64,000 bases of DNA from a bacterium (GTDB lineage: Bacteria > Bacillota > Clostridia > Lachnospirales > Lachnospiraceae), in NCBI GenBank assembly GCA_023664305.1, contig JAMPFT010000012.1, forward strand, positions 350-64,349, in the 5' to 3' direction. A program made the translations under genes and the position numbers. How positions within the stretch are numbered: the first letter of the stretch is position 1; every line of letters begins with the position of its first letter. A model generated the notes under the pieces. It saw only the letters and a list, made by a program, of their open reading frames with translations, ran no database searches and was not told the origin of the DNA. Of the stretch, positions 62,601 through 64,000 are shown in pieces.

Positions 62601-64000
62601 ATGAAATTCAGAGAAAAAATGAAAAAATTCTATTATGTCGGTATTCTTCTTTTGATGAGCATGCTGGCGGTGGGAACCGTACTGGCGGAGGAGGGCGACA
62701 ATACCAGTTATTCCCTGATGATTATCAAATATATTTCTGCCTCCGGAATGAGCGACGAGGAATTGGAGGCCGTACTGAAGGGGGAATATGTATTCGAGAT
62801 TAATGCCGTCGCTTGGAAAGACGGAAAAGAGGGGGAGCCTGAGAAGCCTCAGACCGTGACCTTTGGCGGCCCGGAGTTTGAATGGGAGAAGATAGAAGAC
62901 GGGACATATCGTGCCGTGGCGGAAATAAGCTACTCTTCTGCCGTCAAAATTACGGTGGCGGAGCTTACGGACCATGTGGAGAATGCGGGTGACTGGGATA
63001 TGACCGCTACCGAATGTGAGAGCCGTATGTATGTGCCGGGAAAAAAGACGGAGATAGACATCAGTAAAGAAGGCGGCCTGATTCATATCGTAAAGCTGGG
63101 AACGGTGATCGTGGACGACGGAGAGGAAACGTGGGAAGAAGAAACGTGGGAAGAAGAAACGTGGGAAGAGACGGAGAGTGCTGAAACAGTTTATTTCAAG
63201 ATTACGGGGCCCGGCTCCGACGGCTCTGACGGCTCTCTGGCCTGGTCGGGTTCTATAACGGTAGAAGCCGCGGTATATAGTGACGGCGTATTGCTGGACG
63301 GGCTGAAGCCCGGGCATTATGAGATAGAAGAGCTGAAAGCGGATGGGTTTAAATTGCAGGCGAACCGGGAAGTTAAGGTTGCGGCGAGAGATACGGGAAC
63401 GGTGCATATCAACGGAGAATCCGGAAAGCTGACGATCGTAGCGCCGGAAGGAACTGATGACCATACGCATTATTACAGAATTGTAGGGCCGAACAAGGAC
63501 GATATCGTTCCGATTAAGCATGAAGAAGAGTATACGCTGGAGAATCTGAACAGCGGCGATTATACGGTGACGGAGTATACCTACAGCGGGCAGAGCGGAT
63601 TTACGGTTAAGACGTCAAAGACAACTGATCTGACAAGTAAAACGGTTACGAAGACATGGTCAAATTTTGAAGACGGTACTTTGAAACTGATAACGGCTCC
63701 TTCTGGCGGAGATGCGCTCAGGATCGTAGTCAGTGATATAGTCGGACCGTCGCAGGGAGCAACGTTCAGAGTAATGGTTAAGGCTCAGTGGGAAGGCACT
63801 GCCGAGCGGACACAGAAGACTTATGCTATCAGTAATTTCAAGAGTACATCATCATGTATACCGTCTGACCGTGCTATTCCCGGAACACAGGTCAGCGTAG
63901 GATTTAAAGGATCCTCAGGTACGGAAAGTTCTAATGTTACGGGAGCAACGGTGAAATATATTCTGGAACGGTACGGAACATATAGCTATACCAGCGACGG
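62601..64000 (+). CDS. large secreted/surface protein with SpaA/Cna-B-like repeats, truncated at window end
   Basis: AGGAGGAG RBS, signal peptide, LDGLKPGHYEIEEL and LENLNSGDYTVTE motifs; open to end of window. Confidence 0.75.
   Translation, partial: MKFREKMKKFYYVGILLLMSMLAVGTVLAEEGDNTSYSLMIIKYISASGMSDEELEAVLKGEYVFEINAVAWKDGKEGEPEKPQTVTFGGPEFEWEKIEDGTYRAVAEISYSSAVKITVAELTDHVENAGDWDMTATECESRMYVPGKKTEIDISKEGGLIHIVKLGTVIVDDGEETWEEETWEEETWEETESAETVYFKITGPGSDGSDGSLAWSGSITVEAAVYSDGVLLDGLKPGHYEIEELKADGFKLQANREVKVAARDTGTVHINGESGKLTIVAPEGTDDHTHYYRIVGPNKDDIVPIKHEEEYTLENLNSGDYTVTEYTYSGQSGFTVKTSKTTDLTSKTVTKTWSNFEDGTLKLITAPSGGDALRIVVSDIVGPSQGATFRVMVKAQWEGTAERTQKTYAISNFKSTSSCIPSDRAIPGTQVSVGFKGSSGTESSNVTGATVKYILERYGTYSYTSD
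63126..63169 (+). repeat. 15-bp in-frame repeat x3 (ETWEE) in the surface protein
   Basis: gaaacgtgggaagaa at 63126, 63141, 63156. Confidence 0.9.

Overview
64-kb chromosomal window from a Clostridia bacterium, most likely Lachnospiraceae (inferred from gene families, SigA promoters, Shine-Dalgarno usage and tRNAs lacking encoded CCA). Left part is mostly housekeeping: DUF3737-malY, a pyruvate:ferredoxin oxidoreductase with a large in-frame tandem-repeat insertion, a minimal SufC/SufBD pair, an rlmL-like methyltransferase, rdgB, yfcE and tRNAs. Small accessory insertions sit at tRNA-Arg (direct-repeat-flanked PD-(D/E)XK nuclease with an in-frame internal start) and upstream of tRNA-Pro (AAA_14/DUF4143). 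The middle holds GH31, a TlpA/CXXC-peptide/4Fe-4S triad, GH113, a BlaI/BlaR1-like pair, and a LacI-type carbohydrate locus with GH130 and DUF1861 beta-1,2-mannoside phosphorylase homologs plus two uncharacterised lipoproteins (candidate beta-1,2-mannan utilisation system). From 34 to 55.8 kb is an accessory array of alpha/beta hydrolases, methyltransferases, paralogous membrane proteins and ABC transporters, linked by a shared GTTAG-N6-CTAAC operator and showing relics of duplication and reciprocal loss. The right end has a frameshifted GNAT toxin-antitoxin-like pair, an ECF sigma/anti-sigma pair, five tRNAs and a surface-related cluster running off the window. No rRNA, CRISPR array, integrase or intact IS was seen. 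Family assignments come from motif recognition, not database searches.
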